Positions 34,580 to 39,433 of a DNA stretch of 39,433 nucleotides are shown here, in pieces. Each line of letters starts with the position of its first letter. Position 1 is the stretch's first letter. The DNA is from Chiloscyllium plagiosum. Lineage: Eukaryota. The stretch is from positions 42,493,820 to 42,533,252 of the forward strand of contig NC_057719.1 of NCBI RefSeq assembly GCF_004010195.1, read 5' to 3'. The notes under the pieces were generated by a model. It did no database searches. It was not told the DNA's origin and saw only the letters and a list, made by a program, of their open reading frames with translations. A program made the position numbers and the translations under genes.

Positions 34580-35565
34580 ACATGTATAGGATCTTTCAAG
34601 TTAATTAGCTGCTGTTTTAGTGTGTTGGTGGGTTTATGGGCTACCATGATGCCAAGGGGTCTGAGTAGTCTGGCAGTCATTTTCCTCTGCTCTTCACAGT
34701 TCCTCATTGCTGCAGTGTGCGTTGGCTCATTGAAATAATGTTCTGATGCAGCTTCGTTTGTGGATGTTGGGGTGATTGCTTCTGTAGTTCAATATTTGAT
34801 CCGTATGTGTTGGTTTCCTGTAAACTATGGTTTGAAGTTCCCCATTGGCTGTTCACTCTACTGCGGCATCTAGGAATGGCAGTTTGTTTTCCTCTTATTT
34901 AGTGAATTTTATGCCAGTAAGGATATTATTGATGGTCTTGAAGGTTTCCTCTAATTTGTTTCATTTAGTGATGACAAAGGTGTCAACCATGTAGCAGACC
35001 CAAAGTTTGGGTTTGAAAGACCCTACAGAGACAACAAGCAAAACTAATGTCATTTACAAAATACCGTGCAAGAACTGTAACAAACACTACATTGGACAAA
35101 CAGGCAGAAAACTAGCCACCAGGATACATGAACATCAACTAGCCACAAAACGACATGACCCTCTCTCACCTAGTATCCTCACATACAGATAAGGAAGGAC
35201 ACCACTTCAACTGGGACAACACATCCATCCTAGGACAAACCAAACAGAGACATGCACGAGAATTCCTAGAAGCATGGCATTCCAATCGAAACTCTATCAA
35301 CAAACACATTGACTTGGATCCCATTTGCCACCCCCTGAGGAAAAGAACAGGGAATGACATCACCATCAGAAATGACATCACCACTGGAAACGACAACAAC
35401 CCAAGGAAACCCAAATGTATAAATTTAAAGCAGGAAACACCAGCTCCGTCCGGAGGCTCACTGAAGATGATCCTAGTATGGTGATGAAACGTCTGAAAAT
35501 GAACCTTCCAGCTCAGCCGGAGCTACAAATCCAGAACGTCAACCGGAGCTACAAATCTTCTCAAA
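34580..35565 (+). mobile_element. Penelope/Poseidon-type retroelement, 5'-truncated and 5'-inverted (RT on minus, GIY-YIG and terminal repeat on plus)
   Basis: Plus strand: NVIYKIPCKNCNKHYIGQTGRKLATRIHEH..REFLEAWHS (GIY-YIG). Minus strand from about 35006: LWVCYMVDTFVI (decayed WVRYVDDTF), KLPFLD, VYRKPTHTDQILNY. Confidence 0.92.
35458..35496 (+). ncRNA. Hammerhead motif in the PLE 3' terminal repeat
   Basis: UCA-CUGAAGA (35461-35467), decayed stem II, GAAAC-GUC (35486-35493), UGA; stem I UCA/UGA. Confidence 0.65.
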
Positions 35566-36540
35566 ATTTCAAATATATAATTATGAAGGAGGAGCATGTA
35601 AGAGACACATCAGTCCTGTCTGATTCACTGACAAAATGAACTGCATCAATGTAATTATTTAATGAGATTGTTCCTAAAATTCTAGATTTCTTCAAAAACA
35701 GCCCTAACAAGAAAAATTAGAAGTTGTGCTACTAAGTTGCCTTTTATTCCCAGTCTAATAATTATATGGTACTAACAAAGAACAAAATATGAAGCTTGAT
35801 TTATGTAAGCAAGGTAAATAAAAGGACAAACATGACAGATGAACTTAAAGATTAACATTCCATTTAATGTCATTCAGTTTATGATTTAACTCAGCATATC
35901 ATCAAATGGGGACTGATATCTGAAAATGACATCTATTTTAAAAAAAGTGTTTAGTGGTGGCAAATTTAGAATAATAAGATTAAAATCAAAAAGCTTTAAA
36001 GAAGATAATCTGCAAGTACTACTTCTTTAGTTTTCACCAACCCAGAATTAATTAAATCCAGTGCTGCCTTGCAACTATAATTGTTCAATATTAGAAGCTG
36101 CAGCTTTCAAGCAAGCATCTGAGGCAATAAATGCAACAATCAAGCTCTAACCAGAACAAATGTTAGTTCATTTTAATTTGCCCCACTATTACATTTCTGC
36201 CATTGTACAAAGTTGATGCATTAACAATATTACAGCCTTTCCCATTAACAGATTAGATAGCCCTCAAACTGGTGCTACAGATTTGTTGAAACTGTAGATT
36301 GCTGTTATGAAGACGTGAAAAAAAAATCTCAAATGAGAGCCACTGTTTTTTTTCTGCTGTATGCTAAATAAAGAACATGTGTTTACTGAGGACCTCGGTT
36401 TTGTTTGGCTATTGAGAGATTATAGGACTGCTTCTTTGTTGATTTTCTACGGTCACTCTCTGTATCCATTCTCTAACTTTGCCTCCAGCGTACAGCTGCG
36501 GACTGTTCCACTGTGCCCTGCATCTCAATGAACCTGCTCA

Positions 36541-36660
36541 GACTGCAGTCAGGAGTGCACCCCAATGGAGAGGTCAAGCCTGAGTCAGCAGACTGTCTGC
36601 ACTAGACTGGCGCTCCGCAGCTTAGCAATGCTTTGCATCTTTCATTGCCCATATAAGGCA
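36541..36660. promoter_or_regulatory. Candidate enhancer: AP-1/MAF-NFE2 site plus CArG box
   Basis: TGAGTCAGCA at 36581-36590 and CCATATAAGG at 36649-36658 in a GC-elevated patch with no repeat I recognise. Motif evidence only. Confidence 0.35.
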
Positions 36661-37671
36661 GCTTACCATTAAAACCACCTATTCACAATAAGGCAAATCC
36701 ACTTGCTGTTTTTGTGCGCACTTCAGTCCTATGAATTTTGCATTAATGCACTTACAACAGACTGCATTAGGATGACTGACGTTGCCGTCAACAGGTTGAT
36801 GAGAAATGCCAGGCTCTCAAGTGCCACTACAGCCTTTTTTAAGCTGCATTTTATTCTCACGCTCACACATTACATACTGCACCTGCTTAATTATCATACC
36901 ATTATGCATACATTGGTACCCCAAGTTCTGAATTAACAATTAAAACTATATGACAATGTCATCATATTACAAAAGTTGTTTGTTACAAAAACTTTTTCCG
37001 CTTGCTTCCTCAAATCCTGGTGGCGAGCAAATATAATTTAAAAATACTCCTGAACTTCTCATCTGAGTTCTACCTCAATAGATCATCCAATTAATTCAAT
37101 TAGAATACAACATTATAAGGCAATAACTTTACAAGCTATACTTGGTAAACATCCAGAGACACAAAACCAGCTGTACCTGAACACTGCAGTTAGAAACTAT
37201 TTATTTATACTGGGTTTCTTTAAGTCCACTGTGAAGCATATTTTCGTTCTAAATTCCATAAATGCTCTTTTCAACTATTATATTCCTTCCTGAAAGATTG
37301 TTTCTGCTTTTAAGGTTTCTTCGTATAGACGGTTATTAAATAGAGGACTGGAAAGGTGTCAGAGAGGATCACCCAGCCCCAAGTCTCTCTCAATTACTAC
37401 AAATTACCTTCATTTCCAACTTCTTCAGATCGCCTGAATGAGCTTAGTAACTTACAGATATATATGTATAAGAAGCATCACACTAATACACATTATACTG
37501 TTACAACATCTCTTTCATGCACATGTAAAGATAAATTATACAACATCCTGGAAACAGCTAAATAGACTTATGAATTGTTTTCCTCAAAATTTCTCTTGCT
37601 ATCACCTCTCCAAAAACATTACCAACACAAACCTTGTAGCCAAAGCGGCTGATTGGCTCAGTGGTTAGCAT

Positions 37672-38136
37672 GGAGAAAGTGAGGACGACAGATGCTGGAG
37701 ATCAGGGTCGGGAGTGTGGTGCTGGAAAAGTACAGCAGGTCAGGCAGCATCTGAGGAGCAGGAGAATCGACATTTTGGGCATAAGCCCTTCATCAGGAAT
37801 GAGGCTTGTGGGCTGGGGTGAGGGAGGGGGGGGCGCGCTGAGNNNNNNNNNNNNNNNNNNNNNNNNNNNNNNNNNNNNNNNNNNNNNNNNNNNNNNNNNN
37901 NNNNNNNNNNNNNNNNNNNNNNNNNNNNNNNNNNNNNNNNNNNNNNNNNNNNNNNNCTTCATCCACCTATCACTTTCCCAGCTACATTCCCCCCAACCCC
38001 ACCCGCTCCCATTTATCTGTCAGCCCCCCCGCCCCACAAGCCTCATTCTTGTTGAAGGGCTTATGCCCAAAACATTGATTCTCCTGCTGCTCTGATGCTA
38101 CCTGACATGCTGTGCTTTTCCCGCACCACACTCTCA
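37672..38136 (-). mobile_element. PLE with inverted terminal repeats spanning an assembly gap
   Basis: Arms at about 37712-37842 and 38020-38136 are inverted, and both hammerhead motifs are mutated. TSD GCTCAGTGGTTAGCAT 37656-37671 and GCTCAGTAGTTGGCAT 38137-38152. Confidence 0.88.
37843..37956. other. Assembly gap (114 N)
   Basis: Run of N. Confidence 1.
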
Positions 38137-39082
38137 GCTCAGTAGTTGGCATTGCTGCTTCACAGTGCCAACAACCCAGATTTGATTCTAGTGTCGGGTG
38201 ACTGTCTATGTGGAGTTTGCACATTCTCCCAGTGTCTGCGTGGGATTCTGCTGGATGTTCTAGCTTCCTCTCACAGTCCAAAGATGTGCAGGTTAGATGG
38301 ATTGGCCAAGCTAAATTATAGTGTCCAGGGATGGGCAAGCTAAATGAACTAGCCATGGTAAATATGGGGTTACAGGGGAGGAGGATGGGGTCTGGATGGT
38401 CTTCAAAGATTTGGTGCAGACCTGATGGGCCAAATAGCCTCTTTCCACATTCAGGATTCTACAGTGATTCTATAATGAAAATAATATTTAAGACTTCACT
38501 AACTCATAAGAACACATAAGGAAAAGTCTATTTACCCTCTTGAGCCTACACTGCTATTCAATGACAGCATAGCTGATCCGCAATCTAACTACATGTATGA
38601 AGGTTCTTTTAAAAGTGTAGATAAATATGAGCATGAAAAACAATCGAAATTTATTAACATATGGGAGTAAAATTTGATGATACTGAAGTTAATAACTGGG
38701 GAAGAATACCAACTTTTATTGTATATGCACCTTCTCTATTTGTACTCCTCCTGCAGTTAAAGGAATAAAAGGCAAGCTACTCAACAAAATGCTATTCATG
38801 GATTCTACATGCATGGGATTGTTCACAAATTGTTAAATGTACACATGCTGCCTTGTTACATGGGAAAAATGAAGAAAATATATCTAGCATTCCATAAAGG
38901 AAAAATAGAAACAAAAAAAAAAACCAGTTACTTCTAATCAGGCCTGATTTAATAACTGAGCAGGAGATTTAAGTTATCCAAGTATCAGTGAAGAAGCAGT
39001 GAACTAGATTTAGATGGGGTGCAGTGATGATTCCATGGTCATTTCAGACATAGTTGGTACTCAAATGCGGACTCCAGTCCCA

Positions 39083-39433
39083 GTCAGACTTGGCTTAATC
39101 TGGAGGCAGGAAACATGTTTCCGCTGATGTGCGAGTGCCGAACCAGAGGACACAGCTTAAAAATACGGGGTAGACCATTTAGGACAGAGATGAAGAGAAA
39201 CTTCTTCACCCAGAGAGTGGTGGCTGTGTGGAATGATCTTCCCCAGAGGGCAGTGGAGGCCCAGTCTCTGGATTCATTTAAGAAAGAGTTGGATAGAGCT
39301 CCCAAGGATTGTGGAATCAAGGGTTATGGAGATAAGGCAGGAACAGGATACTGATTAAGGATGATCAGCCATGATCATATTGAATGGCGGTGCAGACTCG
39401 AAGGGCTGAATGGCCTACTCCTGCACCTATTGT
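39083..39433 (+). mobile_element. Young CR1 3' end
   Basis: ORF 39115-39354 RTRGHSLKIRGRPFRTEMKRNFFTQRVVAVWNDLP, followed by the tail GAAGGGCTGAATGGCCTACTCCTGCACCTAT. Confidence 0.92.

Larger units (their letters stand above)
32430..34580 (-). mobile_element. CR1 fragment split by an opposite-strand CR1
   Basis: Tail near 32430; host resumes at about 34022; ORF 34203-34400 HGSMLEQQLFTIYIDEL..AKFAKDTK. Confidence 0.85.
37643..38470 (+). mobile_element. HE1-type V-SINE disrupted at its A box by a PLE insertion
   Basis: Head TGGCTCAGTGGTTAGCAT at 37654-37671; body resumes at 38137 and includes the V-domain GTGGAGTTTGCACATTCTCCCC and tail. Confidence 0.85.

Noticed and set aside
35352..35395. 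18-bp tandem AATGACATCACCA units
   Set aside because: Internal to the PLE 3' region; not an independent feature.
27240..36701. TAAGGCAAATCCA shared near 27240 and 36690
   Set aside because: A single short match with no convincing extended homology is expected by chance in 39 kb.
37661..38095. 144-aa ORF across the gap
   Set aside because: Artefact of N translation within a PLE repeat.

Overview
Repeat-dense, non-coding vertebrate genomic DNA. The repeats (HE1-type V-SINEs, many CR1 LINEs, Penelope-like elements) point to a cartilaginous fish, probably a shark; this is an inference. I could not support any intact protein-coding exon, and the ORFs I could assign are transposon debris or antisense shadows. 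Contents: about 15 CR1-group LINE fragments (one keeps ORF1 esterase, APE and RT remnants), four HE1 V-SINEs and other tRNA-derived SINEs, a decayed Harbinger/PIF transposon with a Myb/SANT remnant, two Ty3/Gypsy relics, and eight Penelope-like element (PLE) pieces, most with a minimal hammerhead ribozyme motif. The best observation is at 11555-12192. A single 14-bp target-site duplication (TSD) encloses an antisense PLE terminus joined head-to-head with a 5'-truncated, intronless, polyadenylated ferritin cDNA, suggesting one insertion copied two different RNAs. Several PLE inserts also break 1-5 nt upstream of the hammerhead core. Apparently unique DNA holds a hairpin cluster (3459-3770) and a CArG/AP-1-MAF enhancer candidate (36541-36660). 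Boundaries of old repeats are approximate, and family names come from recognition by eye, not database searches.
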